Below are positions 38,103 to 49,123 of a stretch of DNA of 64,000 nucleotides, in pieces. The position numbers and the translations under genes were made by a program. Positions within the stretch are counted from its first letter, which is position 1; each line of letters opens with the position of its first letter. Origin of the DNA: Thermodesulfobacteriota bacterium (GTDB lineage: Bacteria; Desulfobacterota; Binatia; Bin18); assembly GCA_964291405.2 (NCBI GenBank), contig OZ219926.1, positions 1,600,001 to 1,664,000 on the forward strand. The letters run 5' to 3'. The notes under the pieces are model-generated. The model searched no databases and was not told the DNA's origin. It was given only the letters and a program-made list of their open reading frames with translations.

Positions 38103-39413
38103 ATGGAAAACACACAAGCGATTCCCGCTATAGAGACACCCACCTCAAACGCAGAAGACAGTCAGCTCTCCCGCCTGCTCAAAACCCTGGGGCCGGGCCT
38201 GCTGTTTGCCAGCACCGCTATCGGCGTCTCACATCTGGTGCAGTCAACCCGTGCGGGAGCCAGCTATGGCTATGCCCTGCTGTGGGCGATCATTATCGCC
38301 AATCTCTTGAAGTACCCGTCCTTTGAGTATGGTTCGCGGTACGCGAACGCGACCGGAGAAAGCCTGATCGATGGCTATAAGCGATTTGGGAACTGGGCCC
38401 TCTACCTCTACCTGTTCATTACGGTCAGCCCGATGTCCATCATTATCGCGGCCATCTGTTTTACCACCGCCGGACTGCTGAACAATCTGCTCGCCCTCGA
38501 CCTGCCCGTTATCCACACCGCCCTGTTCCTGATCGTTGGCTGCGTCAGCATTTTGCTGGTCGGGAAATACAGCGCCCTGGACAGTCTCATTAAAGTCATT
38601 TGTACGGTGCTGTTTCTCTCCACCCTGACTGCCTTTATCCTGACCCTCTTGCGTGGTCCGACCGCGCCGGTGCTCTTCTACTCGTCCGAGGTCTGGACCG
38701 CCTCGGGCTTTGCCTTTCTGATTGCCCTCATGGGCTGGATGCCGGCCCCCCTGGATTTATCGGCCCTCAACAGTCTCTGGACGCTTGAGCGTTTTCAGCA
38801 GACCGGCTACCGGCCGACCCTGCGGGAGACCCTACTCGACTTTAATGTTGCGTATGTGATGACGGCGTTTTTGGCTGTCTGTTTTATGACGCTGGGGGCC
38901 TTCATCATGTACGGTTCCGGGCAGTCCTTCTCGAATCAGAGCGGGACGCAGTTCACGCATGAGGTGATTCGGCTCTACACCGCCACGCTTGGAGACTGGA
39001 GCTATCTCATTATCGCCTCTTCGGCTTTTTCCGTCATGTTCGGCACCGCCCTAGTCATCTTTGACGGCTATGCCAGGGCCATGGATCGCACCTGGGCGTT
39101 GTTGTTTTCCCGTCGCCAGGACGGACAGGGTAGCCGTACGGTCTATAACGCCTGGCTCCTCATTGGCGCGGTTGGCGGCTATCTGATTATTGCGCTGTTT
39201 CTCACCAGTTTTACCACCTTAATCGACTTGGCCACGGTTATCTCCTTTCTGGTCGCGCCGATTATTGCCCTGGCCAATCATCGGCTCGTCCTCAGCCCCC
39301 ACGTACCACAAGCCGCGCATCCTCCGCACTGGCTGCGAATGCTGAGTTGGACCGGCATCGTCTTTCTGACGGTCTTTACCCTGGTATACATCGGTATGCG
39401 CCTCATGCCGTGA
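38103..39413 (+). CDS. Nramp/MntH-related divalent cation transporter
   Basis: GPGLLFASTAIGVSHLVQSTRAGA, ALMGWMPAP; about 11 TM segments. Confidence 0.8.
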   Translation: MENTQAIPAIETPTSNAEDSQLSRLLKTLGPGLLFASTAIGVSHLVQSTRAGASYGYALLWAIIIANLLKYPSFEYGSRYANATGESLIDGYKRFGNWALYLYLFITVSPMSIIIAAICFTTAGLLNNLLALDLPVIHTALFLIVGCVSILLVGKYSALDSLIKVICTVLFLSTLTAFILTLLRGPTAPVLFYSSEVWTASGFAFLIALMGWMPAPLDLSALNSLWTLERFQQTGYRPTLRETLLDFNVAYVMTAFLAVCFMTLGAFIMYGSGQSFSNQSGTQFTHEVIRLYTATLGDWSYLIIASSAFSVMFGTALVIFDGYARAMDRTWALLFSRRQDGQGSRTVYNAWLLIGAVGGYLIIALFLTSFTTLIDLATVISFLVAPIIALANHRLVLSPHVPQAAHPPHWLRMLSWTGIVFLTVFTLVYIGMRLMP

Positions 39414-39484
39414 TAAGATGTCAACGTCCGCAACGACTGAAGAGTTACAATCTGAGCGCCAAATCCGTAGCGGGAGAGGAAGGC

Positions 39485-41053
39485 ATGAGCCAAGTGGCCC
39501 AACACGCGCGGCCGGACGGCAGACCCGGCTACGGGAGCGGTCGGAGCGCTACCCGGATCTCGGGTCTGGATATCGACAAGGCGGTCTTCCCGGTTTCCGC
39601 ACTCACCATCGGCGTCTTTGTCCTCGGCGCGCTGCTGTTCCCGGAGAGGGCGACACAAGTCTTTGGGGATACCCGGACTTGGCTCGCCACCCGGTTCGAC
39701 TGGCTGTTCCTGCTCACCGCCAACTTCGTCGTGCTGTTCTGCCTATTTGTGGCGATCTCCCCGCTCGGCAAGGTGCGGCTCGGCGGACGGGAGGCCGTCC
39801 CCGAGTATTCCTCTGTCAGTTGGTTCGCTATGCTCTTTGCAGCCGGCATAGGTATCGGGCTGATGTTCTTCGGGGTGCTGGAGCCGGTCCAACACTTTCT
39901 GCATCCCCCGCTCGGTATTGAGACCGCCGCCATCGAGACGGCCCGCACCCTCGGCATCGCTGCGGCGACTTTTCACTGGGGTGTGCACGGTTGGGCCATC
40001 TACGCGCTTGTGGGTCTCGCCCTGGCATTCTTCAGCTATAACCGGGGCCTGCCGCTCACGATTCGCTCCGCCTTCTATCCCCTGCTCGGTGACCGCATCT
40101 GGGGCTGGGCCGGCCACCTGATTGATACGCTGGCCGTCTTTACAACCGTGTTTGGTCTTGCCACCTCGCTCGGCTTGGGTGCCAATCAGGTGACGGGTGG
40201 CCTCCACTACCTGTTCGGGATTCCGGCCACCGATCTTACCAAGGTGGTGCTTATTGTGCTGATCACCGCCGTGGCGACAGGCTCGGTGCTGACCGGGCTT
40301 AATGTCGGCATCAAGCGTCTCAGCGAGTTGAACGCGATTCTGGCGGTGTTGCTACTGGTGTGCATTATCGGGATCGGACCAACCCTCTATATCTGGGCTG
40401 GCTTCTTCAGCGGGCTTGGCAGCTACCTGACCGCAATAGTGCCGCTCAGCAACTGGGTAGGCCGGCAGGACACCGCCTTCCTGCACGACTGGACCACCTT
40501 CTACCTAGCCTGGTGGCTCTCCTGGGCACCGTTCGTCGGTATTTTCATCGCCCGCATTTCCAAGGGCCGGACAGTCCGCGAGTTCTTAATCTGCGTACTC
40601 CTCCTGCCGACCCTGTTCGGTTTACTGTGGATGAGTGCTTTTGGCGGGACCGCCGTCCACCAATATCTCACCGACGGCTACACCGGCGTGATCGATACCG
40701 TTACCGCGTGGACACCGGAGTTGGCGCTGTTCAAAATGCTCGAACCACTGCCGCTGGCAGGTCTGCTTTCTCTCGTCGCTCTCGTCCTGATCGTCATCTT
40801 CTTCGTCACCTCATCGGACTCCGGCTCGCTGGTCGTCGCGACCATCACCGCCGGCGGCAATGTCAACGTCCCGGTTATGCAGTGCATGTTCTGGTGCGTG
40901 CTCGAAGGGCTGGTCGCCATTGCGCTCCTGCTCGGCGGTGGTCTGCTTTCCTTGCAGGCCGCCGCGCTCGCGGCGGGTTTCCCGTTCACTCTGGTCCTCA
41001 TCGGGATGGCCCTCACAACTTGGGTAGAACTGCGCCGCGAAGTGCGTGAATGA
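39485..41053 (+). CDS. BCCT family transporter (betaine/choline/carnitine)
   Basis: SWFAMLFAAGIGIGLMF, FHWG, WWLSWAPFVGIFIARISKGRT, FFVTSSDSG. Confidence 0.93.
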   Translation: MSQVAQHARPDGRPGYGSGRSATRISGLDIDKAVFPVSALTIGVFVLGALLFPERATQVFGDTRTWLATRFDWLFLLTANFVVLFCLFVAISPLGKVRLGGREAVPEYSSVSWFAMLFAAGIGIGLMFFGVLEPVQHFLHPPLGIETAAIETARTLGIAAATFHWGVHGWAIYALVGLALAFFSYNRGLPLTIRSAFYPLLGDRIWGWAGHLIDTLAVFTTVFGLATSLGLGANQVTGGLHYLFGIPATDLTKVVLIVLITAVATGSVLTGLNVGIKRLSELNAILAVLLLVCIIGIGPTLYIWAGFFSGLGSYLTAIVPLSNWVGRQDTAFLHDWTTFYLAWWLSWAPFVGIFIARISKGRTVREFLICVLLLPTLFGLLWMSAFGGTAVHQYLTDGYTGVIDTVTAWTPELALFKMLEPLPLAGLLSLVALVLIVIFFVTSSDSGSLVVATITAGGNVNVPVMQCMFWCVLEGLVAIALLLGGGLLSLQAAALAAGFPFTLVLIGMALTTWVELRREVRE

Positions 41054-41195
41054 TGGAAATTGTCGAGCTTTTATTCGTAATTCTCAATTGTGCGTTGGGA
41101 ACGAGACATGCTGACTCAAGACGGGGGTCGGCGGGACATTGACGCGTGCTGCACGGTGATGTTTACAGGGAGGAGAAAGACGGTAGGAAGACGTT

Positions 41196-44100
41196 ATGAT
41201 CAAATCACAAGTTGTCATGGGCAAGGATAAAAATCCGGCACTCGTCACGACTCGGTGGCGGGCGTGCAAACGCTTGGCCGCCATTATCACAGCGCTGGCA
41301 CTGACCGGTGCCGGCTCTGGACTGGTCAGCGCGGCCGACGCCGATCAGGCGGTCACTGAGCAGCCGCAAGCCAAAGTCGGCGAAAAGCCGGAGGCTGAAG
41401 CTCGCCAGGAGCCGCAGAAACTGGAGGCCCTGGAAGAGATGATCGTGACCACCGGGTCGCGTCTCCAGCAGGCGGCCGACCAGGTCGAGCTCGGCCCGAT
41501 CGTCAGCGTTGACGCCGAAGAACTGCTGCACCAGGGGACCGTCCGGGTAGAAGAGCTGGTCCGCTCCCTGCCCTCGGTGTTTACCGGCGGTCAGGATGCC
41601 TCCAACGCTAACGGCGCCAGCGGGATCGCCACCCTGAACCTACGCCACCTGGGTTCGTCGCGCACCCTGGTGCTGATCAACGGTCGCCGCATGCCGGCAG
41701 GCTCGCCCTGGGGAGGGACCGGCAACGAGGACATCAACCAGATTCCGGGTGCCCTGCTCAAGCGTGTCGATGTGCTGACCGGCGGCTCCTCGGTCACCTA
41801 TGGTTCGGATGCGGTCGCCGGTGTGATCAACTTTGTATTGATCGACAATTTCGAGGGCATCAAGCTGGATTACCAGTTCAGCCAGCACCAGCACGATAAC
41901 GACAACCGCAGACTGAAACGGCTGATCTCCGACCAAGGCTATGAGGTTGCCGACGACGCCACAGCGGACGGCGAGCTGTCCAACGTGTCGGTCATCCTGG
42001 GCAAAAACCTGGGCGGTAACCGCGGCAATATCACCGCCTATGCGACCTGGCGTGACGGCGGGAAGGTGCTCCGGGGCAACCGAGACCACGCAAGTTGCGA
42101 TTTGGCCCCCGACGTCTCCGATAGGTGCATCGGCTCGGGCACGATACCGAAGGGCCTGTTTGCCGACTTCGGCACCCACAAGAGCGGGCCTGGACATGAC
42201 CCAGGACCACCGTTCTTCTATCAGGTCGAAGGGGACAAGTTCACAAACTGGGACGGTCGCTTCTACAACTATGCGCCTGTGAATCACTACCAACGGCCCG
42301 ATGTCCGCTGGACCGCGGGCGCCTTTGCCCACTATGACCTGCACGAGTCCGTTGAGGCCTACACCGAACTGATGTTCATGGACGACCGCACCACTGCTCA
42401 GATTGCGCCCTCGGGCTCGTTCTTCAGGACGCGCTCTCTGCACTGCGGCAACGCGTTGCTGTCCGAGCAGCAGTTTCAGGCCCTGTGCGGCCAGTACGGC
42501 TTGACACGGGAAGACATCCAGAATGTGTATATCGGCCGGCGCAGCGTGGAGAGCGGCAATCGCAAGAATTACCTGCACCACACCTCCTATCGTGGCGTGT
42601 TCGGACTGCGCGGCGAGATTGCCGATATCTGGCGCTACAATCTGTACTACCAATACGCCGAGGTGCGCGCGCTGAGCAAAAACGTCAACAACTTGTCGGC
42701 CAGCCGGATCAACCGCGCCCTGGATGCGGTGTACGACCCGGTGAGCGGGGATATCGTGTGCCGGTCCGCGCTGAGCGGGGCCGACCCGAACTGTGTCCCC
42801 TGGAACATCTTTCGGGAGGGTGCGGTCACCAAAGGCATGACCGACTATATCGCCGGAACGTACACGACCCGCGGCAGCACCAACCAGCATGTAGTGTCCG
42901 GCCAGATCGCGGCCAATCTCGGCCGCTACGGCCTGATATCTCCGTTTGCCACCACCGGCATCGACATCGCCCTGGGCGTCGAGTGGCGCGAGGAAAACCT
43001 GAAATACAAGCCCGACCTCGGGAGCCAGAGCGGTGACGGAGCCGGCTTTGGCGGCGCACGTCAGCCCCTCAAGGGTGGGTTCGACGTACCGGCGGTTTTC
43101 TTTGAAGCCGGTATTCCGCTCATCCAAGACGTTCCGTTTATCCAGCAACTGATCGTCAATGGCGGCTATCGCTCTTCCTGGTACGGCGTGCAGACCGATA
43201 CATACGGCATCCGGGCCGGCTGGGCCATCAACTATGACATCAGTCTGCGCGGCAGCTACCAGCGGGCGGTGCGCGCCCCGAGCATCCGGGAACAGTTCCT
43301 GCCCCAGCGGTTGGGCTTGGTCTATATGGCGACCGACCCATGTGCCGGCGAGGTGGTTGACGGCAAAACCGCGGCCGGTCGCAGCTTTGAGGAGTGTGCC
43401 CGCAGCGGGGTGACCGCCGAGCAGTTCGGCAACATTTCCGATTCACCGGCCCGTCAGTACAACTTCCTGATAGGGGGTAATCCGGACTTACTTCCTGAAG
43501 ATGCGGATACCTACTCGTTCGGCCTGACCTTTACGCCCCGATTTCTTGAGGGCCTCACCGTTGCCATGGATTACTACGACATCGAACTCAAGGGTGGCGT
43601 TGGTGCGCTGTCACCCGAGCTTGTCCTGCACCACTGCCTGGACGGGAAAACCTCTCAGTGCGATAAGGTCAAGCGCGGGCCGGGCGGCGACCTATGGCTG
43701 GGTTCCAACACAATCGAGACGACCGGCCATATTGAGGCCGTGCTGGAGAACTTGGCCATCGCCAAGGTCCGTGGCTACGACTTCAGCGTTGACTACGTGC
43801 TCAACCTTGGCCGTTACGGCTCCGTCAGTTTTACGGATCGGCTTTCCTTTCTCGATACATTTAATGTACAGGCAGCCGCGGATATTCCGAAGATTGCCTG
43901 CGCGGGCAGTTGGGGCCAGTCATGCGGCACCCCGACCCCGAGAATCCGCAATATTCTGCGAACCACCTGGATAAGCCCTTGGGGGCTGCAACCCAGTCTG
44001 ATGTGGCGCTACATCAGCACCAGCACGGAGACCGACCCGGACCGTCCCGTCCCGGTGAATGCCCGGCACTATTTCGACCTGTCGCTGCTCTGGGAGGTCA

Positions 44101-44252
44101 ACCAGTACGCCAGTCTGCGTATCGGCGTCCGCAACCTGTTTGACAAGGAACCCCCTATCGTCGGTGATTCCAGAGGTGGCAACACCTTCCCCGGCCTGTA
44201 CGATGCCCTGGGCCGCTACTGGTTCGTCGGAATGAGTGTCGGCATCTCCTGA
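41196..44252 (+). CDS. Large TonB-dependent receptor, paralog 1
   Basis: EEMIVTTGSR, RTLVLINGRR, VDVLTGGSSVTYGSDAVAGVINF, VRAPS, GNPDL, YDALGR. Confidence 0.92.
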   Translation: MIKSQVVMGKDKNPALVTTRWRACKRLAAIITALALTGAGSGLVSAADADQAVTEQPQAKVGEKPEAEARQEPQKLEALEEMIVTTGSRLQQAADQVELGPIVSVDAEELLHQGTVRVEELVRSLPSVFTGGQDASNANGASGIATLNLRHLGSSRTLVLINGRRMPAGSPWGGTGNEDINQIPGALLKRVDVLTGGSSVTYGSDAVAGVINFVLIDNFEGIKLDYQFSQHQHDNDNRRLKRLISDQGYEVADDATADGELSNVSVILGKNLGGNRGNITAYATWRDGGKVLRGNRDHASCDLAPDVSDRCIGSGTIPKGLFADFGTHKSGPGHDPGPPFFYQVEGDKFTNWDGRFYNYAPVNHYQRPDVRWTAGAFAHYDLHESVEAYTELMFMDDRTTAQIAPSGSFFRTRSLHCGNALLSEQQFQALCGQYGLTREDIQNVYIGRRSVESGNRKNYLHHTSYRGVFGLRGEIADIWRYNLYYQYAEVRALSKNVNNLSASRINRALDAVYDPVSGDIVCRSALSGADPNCVPWNIFREGAVTKGMTDYIAGTYTTRGSTNQHVVSGQIAANLGRYGLISPFATTGIDIALGVEWREENLKYKPDLGSQSGDGAGFGGARQPLKGGFDVPAVFFEAGIPLIQDVPFIQQLIVNGGYRSSWYGVQTDTYGIRAGWAINYDISLRGSYQRAVRAPSIREQFLPQRLGLVYMATDPCAGEVVDGKTAAGRSFEECARSGVTAEQFGNISDSPARQYNFLIGGNPDLLPEDADTYSFGLTFTPRFLEGLTVAMDYYDIELKGGVGALSPELVLHHCLDGKTSQCDKVKRGPGGDLWLGSNTIETTGHIEAVLENLAIAKVRGYDFSVDYVLNLGRYGSVSFTDRLSFLDTFNVQAAADIPKIACAGSWGQSCGTPTPRIRNILRTTWISPWGLQPSLMWRYISTSTETDPDRPVPVNARHYFDLSLLWEVNQYASLRIGVRNLFDKEPPIVGDSRGGNTFPGLYDALGRYWFVGMSVGIS

Positions 44253-44285
44253 CCCGATACTCCAGACAGTAACAAAGGGGTTCTC

Positions 44286-47246
44286 ATGACAAAAAGAACG
44301 TTGCTGCGGAGCGTGCTGGTTCTACTGCTAGCCAGCCTCACCGCGTCAGCCCTGGCCGCAGATGCCGAGCAGCCGAGCGCCGAGCAGTCGGACACTGAAT
44401 CTCGCCAGGAGCCGTCAGAATTGGAAGCCCTGGTCGTGACCGGCTCACGTATCCAAAGGGCGAATTTGGTCAGTTCCAGCCCAGTTATCCAGATTGAGGC
44501 CGAAGACCTGGCCTTCCAGGGCACCGTCCGGGTAGAGGACATGCTGCGCACCCTGCCGCAGGTGTACTCCACCCAGAATGGTAGCCAAGCGTACGGCGCC
44601 ACCGGTACCGCGACCCTGAATCTGCGCAACCTGGGCGCGGAACGGACCCTGGTGCTGGTCAACGGCCGGCGTCTACCGGCCGGCTCACCGCTGCAAGGAG
44701 GAGTCGGTGCCGATATCAACCAGATTCCGGGCGCGCTGATCAAGAACGTTGAGGTATTGACCGGCGGCTCCTCGGCCACCTACGGGTCCGATGCGGTCGC
44801 CGGCGTGGTCAACTTCCTGATGGTCGACGACTTCGAGGGCATCAAGCTGGACTACCAGTTCAGCCAGTACCAGCACGACAACGGCAGCGACCGGTGGCAA
44901 CGGATTGTTCGGGACGCCGGATACGAGGTCGCCGACGGCTCGGTATGGGATGGTGATATCTCGAATGTCTCACTGATCCTGGGCAAAAATCTGGACCGCG
45001 GCAATGTCACGGTCTACGGGACCTACCGCGATATTGACCCGGTGCTCCAGGCCGACCGCGATTACAGTTCGTGTGCCTTGAGCAATGACCTCACCAAGTG
45101 CTCCGGCTCGGCCACTCAGCCCAAGGGCACCTTTTCTGATTTCGGCCTGCTGCGGGGTCAGGGTTTGGAGAGCTTTGACTATAAGGTAGAAGGCGACCGC
45201 TTTGTGCCCCGCCAGGGGACTCTGTTCAATTACGCTCCATCGAACTATTATCAGCGCCCCGACCGGCGCTGGACCGTCGGTCTGTTTGCCCACTACGACC
45301 TGCATGACCGGGTCGAGGCTTACTCCGAGTTCATGTTCATGGACAATCGCTCGGTCGCCCAGATCGCTCCCTCGGGTGCGTTCTTTGTGACCGATACGCT
45401 GGGCTGCGGCAACCCATTCCTGTCCCAGCAACAGTTTGAAGCCCTGTGCGGCGCGTATGGATTGACGCGAGACGACCGCCAGCAGGTCTTTATCGGCCGC
45501 CGAAATGTAGAGGGCGGGAACCGGCAAAACGACCTGCACCACACCTCGTATCGGGGCGTGGCCGGGTTGCGCGGCGACCTCAATGATACGTGGCGCTACG
45601 ACCTGTACTATCAATACTCTGAGGTTCGCATGCAGAACACCTATCTGAACGACCTGTCGGTTACCCGGATCGGGCGGGCGCTGGACGCGGCCAGAGACCC
45701 CGCAACAGGTCGAATCGTCTGCCGTTCTGTGCTGGATGGCTCCGACCCGAACTGCGTCCCCTGGAACATCTTTCGGGAGGGCGCGGTAACCCAAGAGATG
45801 ATCGACTATCTGACCCTGCCCCTATCCGCCCGCGGAGCGACCGACCAGACAGTCGTGTCCGGCTATATCGCCGGGAATCTCGGGCGCTACGGTCTCCGGT
45901 CGCCGTTCGCAGCTACGGGCGTGGACGTAGTCCTGGGCGGCGAATACCGCGACGACAATCTCAAATTCAAACCCGACCAGGCCTACCGCAGCGGCGATGG
46001 GGCCGGCCAGGGCGGTGCCAGCCAGCCTGTCAGCGGGGGGTCTGATGTAAAGGAGTTTTTCATCGAAGCCGGTATCCCGCTGATCGACGGCGCACGCTTT
46101 GCGGAAGAATTTGGACTGGATGGGGGCTATCGCTATTCCGACTACGATTACGGCGAGCAGACCAACACCTTTGGCGTCCGCGCGGGCTGGGCACTCAATG
46201 CCGACATCCGGCTGCGGGCCAGTTTTCAGCGAGCGATTCGCGGACCGAATGTGCGGGAACGCTTCCTGCCGCAGGGTTTCAATCTGTTCGATATGAACGC
46301 CGACCCGTGTGCCGGTCCCGTCACCAACGGCAGGACGGCTGAGGGCCGCACTCTTGAGGAATGCGCCCGCAGTGGCGTGACCGCTACCCAGTTCGGCAAT
46401 ATCGAAAATTCACCGGCGGCCCAGTATAATTTTCGGCAAGGCGGCAATCCGGACTTGGCGCCCGAGGAATCTGACACCTACTCCTTCGGCCTGGTGTGGA
46501 CGCCCGGCTTTATCCCAGGCTTCAACTTCAGTCTGGACTATTATTCGATCGAAATCAGCCAAGGCATCAGCACCCTGACGCCGGAGTTCATCCTCAACGA
46601 ATGTCTGGACGGTAACGACTCGCAGTGTGCCAAGGTCAAACGCGGGCGGAGCGGCGACCTGTGGCTGGGTTCCGACATTGACAACAGCGGCCATGTTGTG
46701 TCTCTGCTCGACAACCTGGCCATCGAGGAAGTGCAAGGCTTCGACATCACCGTCGGCTATGATCTCCCTCTTAGTGTCATAGGAATGGGCCGCTGGGGGC
46801 GGCTGCGCTTCAGCGATATCCTGTCGATCACCTCCACCTGGGACCAGCAGGAGTTACAAGGGGCGCGCAAGGTAGACTGCGCCGGCAACTGGGGTGCCAC
46901 CTGCGGTTTTCCGACCCCGGACATTCGGAACAATCTGCGCGCCACCTGGGTGACACCGTGGGGGGTACGGCCCAGTCTCATGTGGCGCTACATCAGCAGT
47001 GTCGAAGACCTCAACTCCACCCAGATCGATCTCGGGGCGCGACACTACTTCGACCTGGCCGCGATCTGGAATTACAACGAATACACCAGCCTCCGCGTCG
47101 GCGTGAACAACCTGTTCGATAAGGCCCCGCCGCTGGCGGGCAACGCGGCGGGACCGTCCTTCGCCGGCAACGGCAACACCTTCCCCGGCCTGTACGACGG
47201 GTTGGGCCGGTATTGGTTCGTGGGGGTGAGCGTCGGGTTCTCCTAG
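44286..47246 (+). CDS. Large TonB-dependent receptor, paralog 2
   Basis: EALVVTGSRI, VEVLTGGSSATYGSDAVAGVVNF, GNPDL, YDGLGR; collinear with paralog 1. Confidence 0.93.
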   Translation: MTKRTLLRSVLVLLLASLTASALAADAEQPSAEQSDTESRQEPSELEALVVTGSRIQRANLVSSSPVIQIEAEDLAFQGTVRVEDMLRTLPQVYSTQNGSQAYGATGTATLNLRNLGAERTLVLVNGRRLPAGSPLQGGVGADINQIPGALIKNVEVLTGGSSATYGSDAVAGVVNFLMVDDFEGIKLDYQFSQYQHDNGSDRWQRIVRDAGYEVADGSVWDGDISNVSLILGKNLDRGNVTVYGTYRDIDPVLQADRDYSSCALSNDLTKCSGSATQPKGTFSDFGLLRGQGLESFDYKVEGDRFVPRQGTLFNYAPSNYYQRPDRRWTVGLFAHYDLHDRVEAYSEFMFMDNRSVAQIAPSGAFFVTDTLGCGNPFLSQQQFEALCGAYGLTRDDRQQVFIGRRNVEGGNRQNDLHHTSYRGVAGLRGDLNDTWRYDLYYQYSEVRMQNTYLNDLSVTRIGRALDAARDPATGRIVCRSVLDGSDPNCVPWNIFREGAVTQEMIDYLTLPLSARGATDQTVVSGYIAGNLGRYGLRSPFAATGVDVVLGGEYRDDNLKFKPDQAYRSGDGAGQGGASQPVSGGSDVKEFFIEAGIPLIDGARFAEEFGLDGGYRYSDYDYGEQTNTFGVRAGWALNADIRLRASFQRAIRGPNVRERFLPQGFNLFDMNADPCAGPVTNGRTAEGRTLEECARSGVTATQFGNIENSPAAQYNFRQGGNPDLAPEESDTYSFGLVWTPGFIPGFNFSLDYYSIEISQGISTLTPEFILNECLDGNDSQCAKVKRGRSGDLWLGSDIDNSGHVVSLLDNLAIEEVQGFDITVGYDLPLSVIGMGRWGRLRFSDILSITSTWDQQELQGARKVDCAGNWGATCGFPTPDIRNNLRATWVTPWGVRPSLMWRYISSVEDLNSTQIDLGARHYFDLAAIWNYNEYTSLRVGVNNLFDKAPPLAGNAAGPSFAGNGNTFPGLYDGLGRYWFVGVSVGFS

Positions 47247-47250
47247 TCGG

Positions 47251-47598
47251 CTAGTTCTTGGGGCCGGTCAGGACATGGCCCATACCGTCGAAAAACTGCT
47301 TGATCCAGTGCGTACCCTTTTGCGCGGATATGGCTTCCAGTTCGCCCTTGTCAAGCCACATGCCCTGGCACGGCCCGCACTCGTCAATCTCGACTTCTTC
47401 AATGAGCCGAGTGGTCAGCTGGATTCCGCACTTGGGACAACGATTCAGGGCCAGCACACGTATCTCTTCCTCGTGCTCGGCCTCACGCTGCTCTTTCATC
47501 TTGTTGATCAACTCACGGTCGCGCTCCGCAAAATAGCGGCTTTCCTCGGCCTTCTCTTTTTGTTGCAACTTGGTTCCCAGACGGTCTTTGTCTTCCAT
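47251..47598 (-). CDS. zf-TFIIB-type zinc-finger protein
   Basis: CPKC ... IDECGPCQGMWLDKGELE. Confidence 0.8.
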   Translation of the reverse strand: MEDKDRLGTKLQQKEKAEESRYFAERDRELINKMKEQREAEHEEEIRVLALNRCPKCGIQLTTRLIEEVEIDECGPCQGMWLDKGELEAISAQKGTHWIKQFFDGMGHVLTGPKN

Positions 47599-47674
47599 GA
47601 GGTCTCCTCCTCGCGGGTATGATCACTTACTCTAATGGTGTCGGTCTTTCGTGCCCAGTATCAATCGACAACCC

Positions 47675-48082
47675 TCAGGCCATATCTACCACGACTTGTA
47701 GCATATCGGTCTCGGTCACAATGCCAACCAGCCGGTCGTCTTCCAAGACAGGTAAGCAACCAATTTTGTGCTCCATCATCAGCCGAGCGGCGTCCTGAAC
47801 CGTTGCGTCCGGGCCGATGGAAATCGGATCGACCATGATCTCTTTGACTGCGACGCTTTCCAAAAAGGCGCGCTGGGCTTTTTCTCCATATTGCATGACC
47901 GTGCCGAGCGAGGCCCGGTAGAGGTCACGCTGACTGACAACTCCGACCAATTCGTCGTCCTCCACGACCGGAAAATGCCGGATGCGACCCAGGTTCATAA
48001 TATCTTTCGCCAGCAGCAGCGTGTCGTTCCGTCCCAGCGTGGTCACCTCGGCGCTCATAATGTCCCGTACGGTCTGTGCCAT
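47675..48082 (-). CDS. CBS domain pair protein
   Basis: VRDIMS, IRHFPVV, IGCLPV, LVGIVTETD. Confidence 0.9.
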   Translation of the reverse strand: MAQTVRDIMSAEVTTLGRNDTLLLAKDIMNLGRIRHFPVVEDDELVGVVSQRDLYRASLGTVMQYGEKAQRAFLESVAVKEIMVDPISIGPDATVQDAARLMMEHKIGCLPVLEDDRLVGIVTETDMLQVVVDMA

Positions 48083-48225
48083 AGTCTTTACCTCCTGTCC
48101 GCCCGCCTCCTACAAGCGGCCTGTCTTACGTCACACAGTGTAACCCACCCAGGTCTGTCCGTAAATCGCAACCCTTGCCAACATAGGGCGCAGGGGCATA
48201 TATCAGGCACCAGAAAGGAACACTC

Positions 48226-49101
48226 GTGGAATCACGCACCTCTCACGTTATTGATGAAGTTGAAGCCGCCAATCGGATCGAGGACGGCATGACGGTTGCC
48301 ATCGGTTCCCCGACCCCGATGGCCCTTGTGCACCAGATCATCAGGCGCGGTCTGAAAGACCTGACGGTTGTCGATGTCGGCCTGTCGCTGGACATGCTCA
48401 TTGCCGCCGGCTGCGTCAGAAAAGTCGTCAGTTATTACGCGGGCGGCGGTTTTGGGGTGCCGGTTGCTCCGGCCTTTCGCCGGGCCGCGGAGCGCGGTGA
48501 AATCGAGGTCTGGGAATGTGAAGAGGGCATTCTGACCTCGGGCCTCCAGGCGGCGGCCCAGGGTCTGCCCTTCCTGCCGTGGCGCGGCGGCGTCGGAACT
48601 TCCCTGCCCGAAGTCAACCCTGACCTCAAGGTCTTCACCGACCCGATTCGGGACGAGACTCTGCTGGCCGTCCCGCCGATCAAGCCCGACGTGACCCTCT
48701 TGCACGCGGCCGTTTCCGACGCGTATGGCAATGTCCAGCACGTTGGCGGACCGGGCTGGATAGACCTATTCATGCAGCGTGCCGCGGACCATACCATTGT
48801 CCAGGTGGAAAAAGTCGTGGCCAACGAGGACATCCGCAAGGACCCGTGGGCCACAACGATTGCCGGTGCCGATGCTATCGTGCGCGTCCCCTACGGTGCC
48901 CATCCGTTCTATAGCCGGGGTTATTACGTCCAGGACAACGCCCATCTCAAAGACTATCTGGACGCCTCAACCGCCGCGGCCAAGGGCGACCCTGCGGCCC
49001 TGGACGCGTATTTCGCCCGCTACTGCCGAGGACCGGCAACCCATGCCGACTATTTGGAACAGATCGGCATCAGGCGGCTGCTGGAACTGCACGAGTACTA
49101 A
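48226..49101 (+). CDS. Class I CoA-transferase-fold protein, subunit A (GctA/IpdA-like)
   Basis: IEDGMTVAIG, AAAQGLPFLP, PDVTLLHA...DAYGN, PYGAHP. Confidence 0.85.
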   Translation: MESRTSHVIDEVEAANRIEDGMTVAIGSPTPMALVHQIIRRGLKDLTVVDVGLSLDMLIAAGCVRKVVSYYAGGGFGVPVAPAFRRAAERGEIEVWECEEGILTSGLQAAAQGLPFLPWRGGVGTSLPEVNPDLKVFTDPIRDETLLAVPPIKPDVTLLHAAVSDAYGNVQHVGGPGWIDLFMQRAADHTIVQVEKVVANEDIRKDPWATTIAGADAIVRVPYGAHPFYSRGYYVQDNAHLKDYLDASTAAAKGDPAALDAYFARYCRGPATHADYLEQIGIRRLLELHEY

Positions 49102-49123
49102 CGCATCCCCCGAGGAAAAAATT

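Noticed and set aside
41640-43148. Long antisense ORFs (also 2011-3135, 44970-45794, 58518-59492)
   Set aside because: Shadow frames of well-supported genes in GC-rich DNA; no motifs or RBS.
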